Positions 24,750 through 38,173 of a stretch of 64,000 nt of DNA are shown piece after piece. Source of the DNA: Octopus sinensis (Eukaryota). A program made the translations under genes and the position numbers. The notes under the pieces were generated by a model, which saw only the letters and a list, made by a program, of their open reading frames with translations, had not been told where the DNA came from and did no database searches. How positions within the stretch are numbered: position 1 is the first letter of the stretch; each line of letters begins with the position of its first letter. The DNA is taken from the NCBI RefSeq assembly GCF_006345805.1, contig NC_043004.1:22568001-22632000 (forward strand). The letters run 5' to 3'.

Positions 24750-25965
24750 CAAACGTTTATCTGTGCGTGACGTGTATGCGTACGTACTTTTATAGATGCA
24801 TGGGTTGCTATACATATGTGTATTTGAAACATGTATATGCGTGTACTTTAGAATTTTTTATCAATCGCAAATATTCTCTTGGTTGAAAAAAAGAATGCCT
24901 TGCCTATAAAATTGTGGACCAGCAGAAAAAATTGCTGGCATGTGTTGTAATTTTTTTTAATAAACTGAACCTGTAAAAGTAAAGGTTAAAAAGAATTGAA
25001 GCTTAAAATTTCTGTAGCTGTAGTTAGAATTTAAAATAAGTTGCTTTTAGATTCATTCATACGTAAAAGCATAACGCAACTTTATATTATCTTTGTGAAA
25101 TTCATTTTACATAGAACTTCCCCATTCTAACACTTAGTAAAATAAAATATGGTACATAACTGGGGAACGATAAAATACACATATATGAAGGAGACGTAGC
25201 CTGTCTCTGAAAAGTTAAACATGCTCAGCTTCATTCTTCTCGTACTTTCTAAATATAGCTGAGCTGATATTGAGAAATATAAGCCGGTACATCTAAATTT
25301 GCCCTGTAACAGCAGGATTCTGTCAGTTCAGAAATAATGAGAGCTGAATGTTATGGCGATTTTAGCGAGCTGTACCTTCCCTTTACTAAAAAGTGAAATT
25401 TTTTTTTCGCTGCAGAAAAGGGATTAAGAATTTATGCCCGTGAATCTCTGGAACCCCAACATATGACTCCCACCTCAACATTTATGTTTTCTATAGAGTA
25501 TGACCAACCAAGCCAAAAGTGAAAAATATTTAATTTCTTTTTCTGAGACTCAGCGTAGTTGGAAGTGTGAAAGAAAATGGCCACTTTAAATTGTAAGCAT
25601 ATTACTAACATGTTACCCAAGCATACACTCGTTTACTCTTTAATTATTCTTCATGCGAAATCCTCTTAAAAACAGCATTTAAATACTAATTCCATCTTCA
25701 GTTGTAATAATTTTTAAGCTGCTACTTCTTATCTAGTACTTTTCCACGTTCATTTAATTATGATTATAATCACTCCTGTGCATACCTTTTCCTGCTAGTG
25801 TGTATGTGTTTATATATAGTTGAGGTGTGTTCTGTTAAGAACGTATAAGAGTACAAATACAGCTCGTTCACCCTTAGAATTCCCAAATAGCCGGTAGTAT
25901 CCTTATTCTTATGGTATGCTACCGATTCTAGTCTTAGGTATTCCTCGTGTGTGAAAGTAAAAATT

Positions 25966-26127
25966 AAAAAGTAAAAGAGGCTAAAGGAAACGTAAGTACG
26001 GTTAGGCAGCTTTGTAATCTTGACATTAAATCCTGTATATACGAGGATCTGTGTGTATCGAAACTTTTGTAGCGATTAAAAAGCTGCCTAACCGTACTTA
26101 CTCTTCCTTTTGACTCTTTTACTGTTT
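25966..26127. repeat. Inverted repeat, ~54 bp arms (hairpin/MITE-like)
   Basis: AAAAAGTAAAAGAGGCTAAAGGAAACGTAAGTACGGTTAGGCAGCTTTGTAATC (25966-26019) pairs with 26074-26127; the inner 28 bp have one mismatch. Confidence 0.85.
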
Positions 26128-26139
26128 ACACACACACAC

Positions 26140-26216
<77 letters not shown>

Positions 26217-26478
26217 AAAGTTAAATTTAAAATTAAAAGTTAAGGTTTAGAAAGGAGGCATTAAGAACAGTAGAATAACCCGCTTTATTTGATAACAAGT
26301 TGATCTAGCAAGCGAGGCATTATATCAGTGAGTGGGGCCGGTGCGCATTGATGTCGTCGAGAGGTAGGCCCCGAAACGGCACGCATTCTCTCCAGATAAC
26401 CCCTTACACTTGCTGGCTTCCAGTATGCGGAGTTCTCGAATGTTAGCCCTTGCATGTGCAAATTGTTTGCTAAACAGT

Positions 26479-26516
<38 letters not shown>

Positions 26517-26556
26517 AATATATATTTATATGTGTCTGTATATATATATGTGTCTG

Positions 26557-26623
<67 letters not shown>

Positions 26624-27428
26624 TGCATCAATTAATGTAAACCAAGTTGCACTTGTTGCATCAGAGTTTTGAGAAAAAGCCTAAAAAATTACCAGAGACC
26701 TGTCACAACCAGCTGTTAGATAACCATTGATTTTCTTTTTTGTCCAGCATGCCTTCCATAGAAAACCCCTCTCCTTAACAAGCAGGCTGGGTAGGGTTGC
26801 TGATTTAATCGCATACCGTTCGACCTCGTGGCAGGTTTTACTGGATGCATGTTATAAGTAGCACTGAGAGTGACCGTTTTGCTTACGGAATGGTATTGGT
26901 GCTGTGCAAGGCTTTTCCTCAATTTAAAAGCTCCTGGAACAGTATCCACTTACTTTTAACTCCTTCATTATGCGTTATTTAATAAGGTTGGACGCAGCTG
27001 AAGAAGGTAAAATACTCAATAAAATATTCCATGATGGAATATTTGAGGAGGTGCTAGAAAGTTCCAGGCTTTGGCTAATTGAAGATACAGGAACATCATT
27101 TAATTATGATTCTATTCAACCTATTTCCCTCTTATTGCTGCTTCCTTCATTTTTTTTAAAACCCTGTAAAAGAACTCGGTAGGTTGAACTTCCAGCCAGG
27201 CCTTTCGCGATATCCTTAAAACCAGGCATTCTTTAGCACCCTGCCGTAGGCATGTGTCAGCGTGGGTGGTAACATTCTGAATAACAGCAGCCATATCTCT
27301 GTAAAATATCGCTGTCATATCTCTGTAAAAGGCTGCTTATCCCTAGCACGTCTGTAAAGTTACATATATCTGCTGCTTGAACAGAACAATCAAGGGATAG
27401 AAACTGTGTTGCAGTGAATACACACATT

Positions 27429-27463
<35 letters not shown>

Positions 27464-28208
27464 CACACACACATATGGATGGATAGATAGATAGATAGAT
27501 GGATATGTGTACGCGTGCGTGTATTTAGGTTTATATGTATTTCTGCATGTATAAATATAAGGCAAGTTTATCGCCGAGGCTCAGCGAATATGTTCTTCAA
27601 TAAGCTGAACTGTGTGACAGCGGTCATAATTGTTTGAAGTGCTTAAAGAGCCTTTGTATTTGAGTGGGTCTGCTCGTGAATTGAAAACCCGATGGAAATC
27701 TCAACTTGCCGGAAGCTTATCTCTTACCCCAATGCCCAACCTGTGTAATATACATTTACTTTTCATATTCACACTATGTTGAAAATATATGAAGAACGTG
27801 TATGAGCGATTTTAAGGACGTAGTATATCACCAGTACTTAGCTGACGACCAACGAGAGATTGAAATTAAATAAATCTTGGTGGAGGTGATTCTTTTACCC
27901 AGTTACATTTAACTCTGCACGCCCTCACACTCACGCGTAGATATACATATATGAATGAATATCTATATACAGATACACATATGTGTATATATAAATATGT
28001 TCAAATATACATATACGCGCATATATATGCATGTATAAATGAATTTATATGTATATATGCACACATGTAGACGTATATATAATTTAATATATATATATAT
28101 ATTATATATATATATATATATACATACGCATACATATATGTATATATATATATATAATATATATATATATTATATTATATATTATATATATATATACATA
28201 CGCATACA

Positions 28209-28269
<61 letters not shown>

Positions 28270-28514
28270 ATATAATATTCACGAAATGTGTATGTGTGTG
28301 TATTTAAATTCGATGCTACATGCATTATCCCACCCCCTACACAATTCAGGATCGCAGCACATAATTTCTCTAAAGTTATCCCATAACAAATCAAAGGAGA
28401 AAAAGATCCTATCGCCTTCAAACGAAACCTGGACGACACCTGGCGCTGTTCAGTTAGACTTGGCCTGGGGCAATCTTTGGCCGAAATATATCCAAGTTAT
28501 CTAAGTAATATAAG

Positions 28515-28554
<40 letters not shown>

Positions 28555-29070
28555 GCACTCACGCACACACACATACACACACACAAACACTTATAACTAT
28601 TTGAGTCATATGTCAGTAGCCATACTGAACCATCGCATGACTCTTAAATCTTCGTTCAGCAAATGATAAATGACGAAATATTATGTTGCCGCCTCATTTT
28701 GTGTCTCTTGCCGTGATGTAACTTTGTCCCGTATTGTGCACAGTACCGTGTCCAATTATATGATTACACGTCAAATTTATTAACAATTACTTCTCACGTT
28801 TTATATCTTACGGAACACCATTGGAGGATTCCGGAACATTCTATCCCAGACCGTTAAATTATATTGTTCTCATTCCTAAAGAAGTGAGTTGGCTTTTAGA
28901 TCTGTAAAATGGCTTCCCCTTTAAAAAAGTTTCAAGTTTTGAATGCGAAATTTATAGACCAGCCATCCCGAAATCTCGAAATAGCATTGTATTTATTTCA
29001 CCTTTTTGTTCCCATAGAAAGGGTTTTAGATCTTTTACTCTGCCCTAGTAACTCATTTGGAGTAACCATT

Positions 29071-29430
29071 ATCTTTTATTCGTTTCAGTCATTAGTCTGC
29101 GGCCATCCTGAGGCACCGCCTTGAGGAATTTTTAGCCGAATGCCTCGACCCCAGTAACTATTTCTCTGTTATGCCTGGTAGCTACCCTACCAGTCTCTTT
29201 ACCGAACCACTATATTACTGGGACGTAAACACGCCAACACCGTTTGTATGGCAGTGGTGGGGGACAAACATAGACACACAAACACTCACATGACGGGCTT
29301 CTTTTAGCTTCCGTCTACTAAATCCGCTTTCAAGGCTCCGGTCTACCCGAAGCTATAGTAGAAGACACATGCTCAAGCTGTGACACAGTAGGACTGAACC
29401 TGGAACCATGTGGTTGGGAAACCACGCCTG
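29071..29430 (-). mobile_element. SINE family A copy
   Basis: Reverse complement is colinear with 22088; short internal microsatellite. Confidence 0.85.
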
Positions 29431-31096
29431 AGTATAGTATATTTTGTTTTTCATATAGTCCTCCCAGAGTCCTCCACTTTAATACTACACCTCGCATTAT
29501 TTGGCGATTATACTTGCGAGCGCAGAACAAGCTCTGAATGATCTGAGCATTCATCCCAACAAACTAGGACATATTTTTATATCTTCCTGATATGTGAATG
29601 AAAAATCGTATTGTTACTTATTACAATTTTCACGTCCTACGTCATCTTATTGTGGTGCTGTGATTCCATCTGGACCTGTGTAGTTACTATGTTGATCAAT
29701 ATTAGAGAATAGATTACGTAACACTTGAAACTTGCCTGGTTGATTTTCATATTCTTTTCATCAATCCTTTTATATACTGCCATGAATTCTTTCTCTAAAT
29801 ACATTCGAACACGCACGCACACGCACGCCCACGCACGCACAAATACATGTATATTCGATCAAACCAATCTATAGGTAAATACGAAATACAACTCCTTAGT
29901 CAATGAATATGTAAGCAACATCATGCAAATCTACCTCCAATCACGCTATGCCATATGTATAGAAAAGAGAGATCACAATAGATAATGTTGTCTTAGAGAT
30001 ACAACAAGATGGGATGGTCACGACTGGGATGTCTTTATAGGTTTACTTGTTTAGGGATGGCTATGTAGTAAACATCAACAATATTTCTTTCCTGCTTCTC
30101 ATTGTATATAAACTTTACTGTTCTGTGCTGCTATTTTATACTACATTCTATCTTACAATTCTATACTGCCATTCAATCTGTTCTTCGTATATTTCTTTTT
30201 TCTCCAATATAATTCGTGACTATTTGCATTTTCACCAAATCCACCAAATTCCAATAAAATCTCGAAGAAATCAGGAAACATCTTGAAATAAGAAATTAAA
30301 ATATTAAAACTAAAATAAAGAGAAATATCGAAAAAGTATTTGATGACTGCAGATATTAAAAACAAATATTTTGTCCAATGTATATAAGTGTATATAGCTA
30401 TATTGACGTCTGAGTATACACATGTATGTTAATGTATGCTATATACATAAAGGTGGGACATGTATACACATGTGCCTAGAAATATACAATATATATTTGT
30501 CCACACATGCGCACAATCACGTGATACCTGTAAATATCTCATTATGCATGTTTATTTTAAAGACACATGTATACACATTCTATCTCTATCACATGCACAT
30601 GCGCACACAACCGAACACATATACACATGCTTGTTCTTCTAAACCATTATGCAAATACGCTCAGAAACATTCATTTTAATTACGATTAACTTAAATAAGA
30701 ACGGGTATGAAATTTTGCATCATAATATTTTTACAAAGATGTTTAAATGTTACATATGTTACGTTATGGGGATATGGTGGTCAGTAAATACGCATCAGAT
30801 AATCTCTGATAGCACTTCAAATCAATACTTTATAACAAGACTGATACAAAATATCAATAAATACTTGGAAACCTTAGTGAGATGTATTAGGGATAAATCA
30901 CAGAAATGTAGTCTGAGTGACAATATTAGTGATATCTGTAAATAACTGTTAAATGTAACTGTGCTTACATATATACAAGCGCAGGCATGACTGTATGATA
31001 ACAAGTTTGCTTCGCAACCTCATGGATCGAATTCAGCCTCATTGAAAGACATTCTTCATGAGTAACAAATTATGTTTACATATGTTCACATGCTAC

Positions 31097-31802
31097 ATGT
31101 GACTCTCATGCTTCCGATTTTAACTCATTGGAAGTGTTATTATATACATTATTTTGTCTTGCTATAAAAGATGGGCTACAGCAAATATTCTGCTCAATGC
31201 CACAGCTTTTCTTGTCAGTTGTTTGACCGTAACCAGTTGAGCATGTCCCTTGGTGGTTGACGATATGTGCATCTCTGATCACGAGGAGAAATAGTGGGGA
31301 AATATCATAGCCTTGTGTTGAATAATAATTCAGTACAATTATATATGTAAAAATCAATGCAGATAAAGAAAAGTAACCCATGAAATCATCACAGCAACAT
31401 GGTTACACCAAATATTCAACTCCACCTGTTTTAGACACTGAATTATGTCTAGACACTAGGAATAGCAAGCTACGAATCCTCTATTCGCATTATCCTAAAC
31501 CATGTGTTGGGAGGATTTCTTTAAGGGTTGAATAATTCATCCCAGGAAACATGGGTGTTTCGTTCGACATCTTTAAACAATCCTTATTCAAAGACTTTTT
31601 GAGCGGGGTGGGCTGCACGACCCGGAGAAAATTCTAACTGGGCCCCACCTGCGAGCTTATGCGCTGCTTATCTTGATATGAGATCGGCACGACAAACATA
31701 TAGTTGTGATGCATGTGCCTGGTGTACCCTTATCAGACGGGTACTGGGCTTCGTATATTTTACACCGGTGCTACTGTGATTGCATGCACAACTCTCTCGC
31801 TC
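31097..31802 (+). mobile_element. Interspersed retroelement-like repeat ending in (AAT)n
   Basis: Segment GAGCATGTCCCTT..GATATGTGCATCTCTGATCA is also present inverted at 51725-51905; the 3' end runs directly into (AAT)n. Confidence 0.6.
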
Positions 31803-31857
<55 letters not shown>

Positions 31858-31877
31858 TAATAATAATAATAATTATA

Positions 31878-31913
<36 letters not shown>

Positions 31914-31965
31914 GTTATTATTATTATTACTACTACTACTACTATTATTATCATTATCATTATTA
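31803..31965. repeat. Convergent (AAT)n/(ATT)n microsatellite
   Basis: (AAT)n switches to (ATT)n near 31870. Confidence 0.9.
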
Positions 31966-32750
31966 TTTCATTTATTTGCCCCCCTCCAGGGTGAATGATG
32001 AGGGATACAATACAAATATTTACATATAATTAAATGATAAAATAATTGAATAACAAGAAAATCAATGTAAGTATACACGGTATACATTGAAAAGGAACGG
32101 AAATATACATAGTATTTAAAGAAACGGCAGGGAGATGGTAATGATGTAGCTTTCCTGATACAGGCTGACCTTTAGCAATAAGCGAGGAATGCAACAGTCC
32201 GAGATATCCCTGGACACCAATAGCAAGTGCGTGTTCGACTTACAGGCCTTCACTTAGAAAGGTACCATCCACTCTTGCCATTTTCGCAACTTTCACCCAA
32301 CTTTCATTAAACTCACTCGAGGAGAGCATTTTACTCTCCACCTTCAATTTCCTTTTCAAGTGAAACTTGTAGAAGTAAATGGGAGCTCTACCGAAGAGTA
32401 ATGTAGCTGTAGCCATGCTTTTAGCCTTGTCCACAAAACAACCACTTCCGCCACAGTTACCAGGCAAAGAAAAACTGATTTGCCCCCACCGCTGAAGATG
32501 AGCAGCACGGCAATGATCAAGATGGATTCGGCCGATAGACGGTTCCGTCACACACATGACAGCAGCTGTTCGACATATCTCCACAAGTCAGCAATGCCCG
32601 AATACTGAACGAGTGCGTGCAGTACGGTTTCTTCACTCTGCGCACTGCCCGGACAAGCCACTCTGACAGCGCATACATGCCTTTGGAGTTTATCCCGAAC
32701 AGATAGTTTTCCCTCAGTAGCATTGCCAGACCAAGAACATCTAGAATCTA
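31966..32750 (-). mobile_element. 5'-truncated L1/Tx1-type LINE 3' end
   Basis: Minus-strand translation LSVRDKLQRH..CPGS..EETVLHAL..YSGIADLW (decayed CCHC knuckle), W.R.K and F...W C-terminus; AATAAA before the TAA-repeat tail. Confidence 0.7.
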
Positions 32751-33049
32751 TTCATGATGTCCTTGGCTTGCAAGTGCTACGGGGGCGGGGGTAGTTAGTA
32801 ATATTAATAATAATAATAATAAAGTGAAAATCAAATGAGCAGTACACGTGATTTTGGCAAAGATAACTATCTCCAGTTATAACAGAAAGGATGAGATATC
32901 TAAGATTGAGTCATACCGAAATGGATATCAACGTTTCAAGGTGTACAATTATATGATTATGCAGTCATTAAAGGGAAACATCTTCAGTAATATGTAGAAA
33001 TAGTTCTGTCCTTAAATATCGGTATAATAGACTGGAATATCTTATTTGG

Positions 33050-33155
33050 TTATTGTAGGTAGGTAGGTAGACAGAAAGACCGATAGATAAATAGATAAAT
33101 AGATAGATACATACATGCATAAGTAGGTAGGTAGGTAGGTAAGTAGGTAGGTAGG

Positions 33156-33235
<80 letters not shown>

Positions 33236-33295
33236 CGGACAAGCACCAAGCCGAGCAGACAGATAGACATATGGATAAAGAGATAGATAAGTAGG

Positions 33296-33339
<44 letters not shown>

Positions 33340-33340
33340 G

Positions 33341-33375
<35 letters not shown>

Positions 33376-33459
33376 TAGATAGATAGATAGATAGATAGAC
33401 GGACAAGCACCAAGCCGAGCAGACAGATAGACATATGGATAAAGAGATAGATAGGTAGG

Positions 33460-33557
<98 letters not shown>
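33050..33557. repeat. Compound (GATA/GGTA)n array with an internal ~165 bp tandem duplication
   Basis: Unique insert GACGGACAAGCACCAAGCCGAGCAGACAGATAGACATATGGATAAAG occurs twice (~33233, ~33398). Confidence 0.9.
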
Positions 33558-33760
33558 CATCGCTGCGTGTGCTTGTTGTCACTGCTTGGATGGAGCATGT
33601 TTATTTACGTCCCCATCTTAAGCAGTTCCATAAAAGAGTGCCGGGAAAGTAAATAGCAGAATTAAAATACGTATTGTTCGATTTCAGTCACTTAATCCCT
33701 TCAACACTGTGCCCCAGAATTGCTTCAGTCCATAGTTTGCAACAGATAAAAGAATAAAGG
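33557..33760 (+). mobile_element. SINE family A 3' half, degenerate
   Basis: TTTACGTCCCCATCTTAAGCAGTTC...ATAAAAGAATAAAGG tail. Confidence 0.5.
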
Positions 33761-34242
33761 AATAAATGTATGCGCACATGCATATATAATTACATCCTGA
33801 ATTCCAGTCACGTTTCCTGCCAAAAGAAGAGACATGCAATAAATGGCTGAGACATAGATTGAATGGAAAATAAGAAGTTGCATTTTTATATATAAATCTA
33901 TAATCTTTTTGAGAAGGTACATACATCGTATGTGTACCCTACTTTAATTTTATGGTTTTAATATTCATACAATTGTCAGATAAAAGCAACTGACTCGTTT
34001 ATTATATATATATATATAAAGAAATTAAGAGAGAGAGATAGACCTCCAAGGATCGAAGTGCAGGAAGGATATGGCTTCAAATAATCCGTAGAAAATATTT
34101 TTAAAAAAAACAACTTTCGGAAACAATAATGGTTCATTGAGGCAGAATGTTGTGTATTTCGTCCGTATCGAAGTACGATAAGATGGAAAAAAATTTATAT
34201 TTCATGGTAGGCAGCCTGAGTTGCCAGGTATGCAAATATAAA

Positions 34243-34618
34243 TCCAAGTGTTATGGAGTAGATAAAATCCGGGCTATATATGTTTCATAGCGAGCGGAAC
34301 CTCGAAAGTAAATAAACAAGCAAGGTGTATACTGCAGGCTAGTCTTCAGGCCAACAGTATCTTGATTAAATACAGTTTACTTTATCGTTCAGAATCCCAT
34401 GTTATCTCATGGAGGATTTGATCACGCATTCTGATCGAATCCTCCGTGTGTTAACATGGGTCTCCTAACGTCTATGTAAGTTCCATTTAATCAAGATACC
34501 CTTGGCCTGAAGAGTAGTCTGCTTTATACACCTCGCTTGGATATTTCCCATTTCCAAGGATCCACTCGCAATGAAACAAGTGTAGCTCGGATTTGATCTA
34601 TTCCATTCTATAACTCTT

Positions 34619-34621
<3 letters not shown>
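34243..34621. mobile_element. Fold-back (palindromic) element, ~180 bp arms, 7 nt loop
   Basis: Arms pair from TCCAAG/CTTGGA inward to TGATCA-CGCATTC-TGATCG (loop 34425-34431); about 70-87% arm identity in the segments counted by eye; right end abuts (TA)n. Confidence 0.85.
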
Positions 34622-34649
<28 letters not shown>

Positions 34650-35047
34650 CGCATATATAGGATGTAGCTGGAACAAGGAATTTGTGTTCTTGTTTGTCTC
34701 CTGTCCTAGCTTGATTTACTCGTTCAACACCACAACCTCGTTTACGCTCACCAGCCCTTCTTGTTTGTGTTCACTGTCCTGTTTGTGTTACATATTCTTA
34801 CTCTCCGAAAATCACAAGTTTTATTTAATTGGCTTTGCGAGGGCAACTGTCTTATCGAAAGCGTATATTGTTGTTAAATGTTCGAAATACGAGACTAGAG
34901 AAACAATCAATAACTGATGAGTGGTCGTTCTTTATGTTTGTTTTGCTTTCCATTTGTGTCTCTCGTTGTTCGAAAAATAATTCGTGTTCCATCTACTCGT
35001 ACTTCGTACATTTTTGTACACGTTTCATGACGTCCTGTGCCCACATA

Positions 35048-35205
<158 letters not shown>

Positions 35206-35689
35206 TATATATATATTATATATATATACATATATATATATATACACTCACATATCATCACTCAAATACTTATAGTCATTTACATTATATTAAAAATGAA
35301 CATCAATTGTGCTGTCTTGCACTGTTACAAAGCCAAATTGGCGTATAATGGGAAAATACTCCGAAAATAACTTAACCGTGAAAAGGAGGAAACTCTAACC
35401 TTTCGATTAGACACATTTTGAGTTTACTTTCCCAACAAAATATACAATATGTTTTTTTTTACAGTAAATGTTTCTATTTTCGCTTTTGTTAAACACAATA
35501 TTTTAAGCATTTAGAAATATTTTTATGTGAATGTGATTTCAAAGATGTAAGCTGTTTGTACAGTAAGTATTTATATTTTAGCTTTCTTTTGACAGACAAT
35601 ATTTTAATCGTTTTAAAAATTATCTTCATTGCAAAAACAGTTATTGGCATTTTAAAAAGTATTTTGAAGTGAAAATGACCTTAAAGATA

Positions 35690-36160
35690 CGGTAAATATT
35701 TCGTAAAAGATCTGTTCATAACTTCGGTGCGAAATAATTTTTTCCACAGGAGTTTTTCGAGTGCATTCAATGAATCTCGCCTCCAAAGATTTGGCTGCAA
35801 TTCTTAGCACGCCCTGCAACCACGTAACAGATATTTGTGATAAAAGACCCGAAATAACTGTTTCGTGGTAGCAGGACGTGCAAGAGGTAGCAGCCAATTC
35901 TTTCCTTTTCTGAGGAAAGGAACCGTTTACACGTGATTTCGATGTCATATTCGTTGGAAGCATGCGAAATAACTTGGAAAAGAGAAAAGCACTCACGAAA
36001 CAAAACTCTGTTGGTGGAAAACTCTAAGATCCCCACAACACTTTCCACTTTCTTTTTCAGAAGGAAGTGGCTTGCGGTGGGTTTCGAGGTGAGATACGTT
36101 GAATGCACTCGAAAAAATCTGTGGAAAAAATAATTTCTTTACGAAATTCTTACCCAAAAT
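35690..36160. repeat. Degenerate inverted-repeat element (MITE-like)
   Basis: GAAATAATTTTTTCCACAGGAGTTTTTCGAGTGCATTCA (~35731-35769) is the near reverse complement of ~36100-36137, with weaker pairing inside and outside. Confidence 0.6.
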
Positions 36161-36432
36161 CGGGACAGGCACGTGAATAGAAGGATCGATGAAACTGATA
36201 AAGCAAGGGCTGGGCGTCTAGCGGAACAGAGGGAAAGAGACCGAAGCAGGAGAGATTAGGAATTGGACACCCGGAGAGCTAGCTTAGCGTCAGGCGAACA
36301 AAAGGGAAAGTGACAAAAGCAGGATTCGTCATACATCGGATGCTCGTGTGAACAGAAACGAAATCAAACATGTTTTGTGGAAATCGGAGAACTGGTTAAC
36401 GAGAAAAGCGTTTTTAGGTACGTTTATATATA

Positions 36433-36963
36433 GCCAAACCAGCATATAACGGGGAAAATTCTTTGAAAGTAATGTAACATTGAAAAGGTTTGTGTGTCAC
36501 ATAGCTAGCTAGAGGCGATGGATTCTCGGAGCTAATCAACGGCAGCATTCGTCCTATTTATCTGGACTGCAATGTTAACTTGGTGATAACTATTAATATC
36601 CAATACCACTGCCGTAGTCTTCTTTAGAGAGAATTAGAAATAATGATATTTCTACCTTTTGAAAACCAGTGGATGTATTCCACTGAATTTAGGTAAATAA
36701 ACTTTCGAACAGTCAGTCAGCAGCGACACCTTCTGGGTTTCGGTTACTCCACATTGATATGAGTCAAACACCTAGAAACTAGTCTGTGGATGCCAGACCA
36801 GCAAGGGGAAGCTGCTGACTTACCCTGTTCGAAGGTTATAATGGACACTGGTTTGTGTGTCACATAGCTAGCTAGAGGCGATGGCCTCTTGGAGCTAATC
36901 AACGGCAGCATTCGTCCTATTGTTCTGGACTGCCCTGTTAGCTTGACGATAACTATTAATATA
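36433..36963. repeat. Local tandem duplication, ~360 bp period
   Basis: 36487-36599 and 36850-36963 are highly similar (GGTTTGTGTGTCACATAGCTAGCTAGAGGCGATGG...ATAACTATTAATAT); weaker match upstream (GCCA.ACCAGCA at 36433 and 36792). Confidence 0.8.
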
Positions 36964-36992
36964 TACAAATACATATACATATATATTTATAC

Positions 36993-37044
<52 letters not shown>

Positions 37045-37206
37045 ATGTATGTGTATATGTATGAATGCAAACTGTATACGTGTATACTTGCATTAATGCA
37101 TATATGCGTACCGAATCATACAGTAGAGACAACTGCCACCGCTACTAATTCAATAAGTAACTTAGTACATTAGGAATGTATATCTTCGACATTAGGGGTG
37201 TTAGTT

Positions 37207-37393
37207 ATTCCTTTGTTTCTTTTAGTCATTTTACTGCAGCCATGCTAGAGCACTGCCTTTTGTCGAATAATTCGACCGCAGGACTCATTCATTGTAAGCC
37301 TAGAACATAATCTGTCAGTTTCTGTTACCGAACTGGTAAGTTACGGGGACGTAAACACACGAACATCGGTTGTCAAGTGAAGGTAGGCGACAA

Positions 37394-37450
<57 letters not shown>

Positions 37451-37597
37451 CGACGGGCTTCTTTCAGTTTCCGTGTACCAGTTGGTCGGCCCGCGGTGGC
37501 TATATGTAGGAGATACTTGCCCAAGGTGCCACGCAGTCGGATTGAACCCTGAACCATGTGGTTGGGAAGCACGCTTCTTATCACACAGCCTCTCGCG
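37207..37597 (-). mobile_element. SINE family A copy
   Basis: Reverse complement is colinear with 22088. Confidence 0.88.
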
Positions 37598-38173
37598 TGT
37601 CTGTGCATGTTTGCTTCATTACTTATACACTTTTATTTATTTATACATTAGTATACATACACAGGCATACATACACATATGCACACACAGAATTCACACA
37701 CACACACTCACATACATACAAACACGTAAGCATATATGTATGTGGGCATATATATATATATCTTTGTGTGTGCATATATGTATAATATATATGTGTGTCT
37801 TGTAGCCTGGGAAGGGTTATATACATCCTTGTTTTACATAATATAGTGACATTAGTTCAGCATGCTTTGCTTAAGGATAATTTGCGTAACTAACTGACTC
37901 TTGAAATTAACCAATTAAGATAGGAATGTAGCTGAACTGACTTTGCAGAGCAAAATCCTTTACAACTGCCTATGTGTTTTTCGCACGCCTGTGAGTAGAC
38001 AACACAAACACACATGTATGTATGTATGTATGTATGTAGGTATGTATGTATGTATGTATGTATGTACGTATGTATATATGCATGTACGTATGCATGGATG
38101 TTTATATGTATGTACATATATATGTATGCATGTATGTATGTATGTATGTATGTATTATCCATGTATGTATGTA

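Noticed and set aside
26354-26380. GAGG-TAGG-CCCC-GAAAC hammerhead-like fragment
   Set aside because: Three core mismatches and no GUH triplet.
34914-34990. Perfect hammerhead core CTGATGAG
   Set aside because: No stem II pairing to a downstream GAAA and no NUH/stem I; the surrounding 34680-35050 looks like a repeat remnant I cannot classify.
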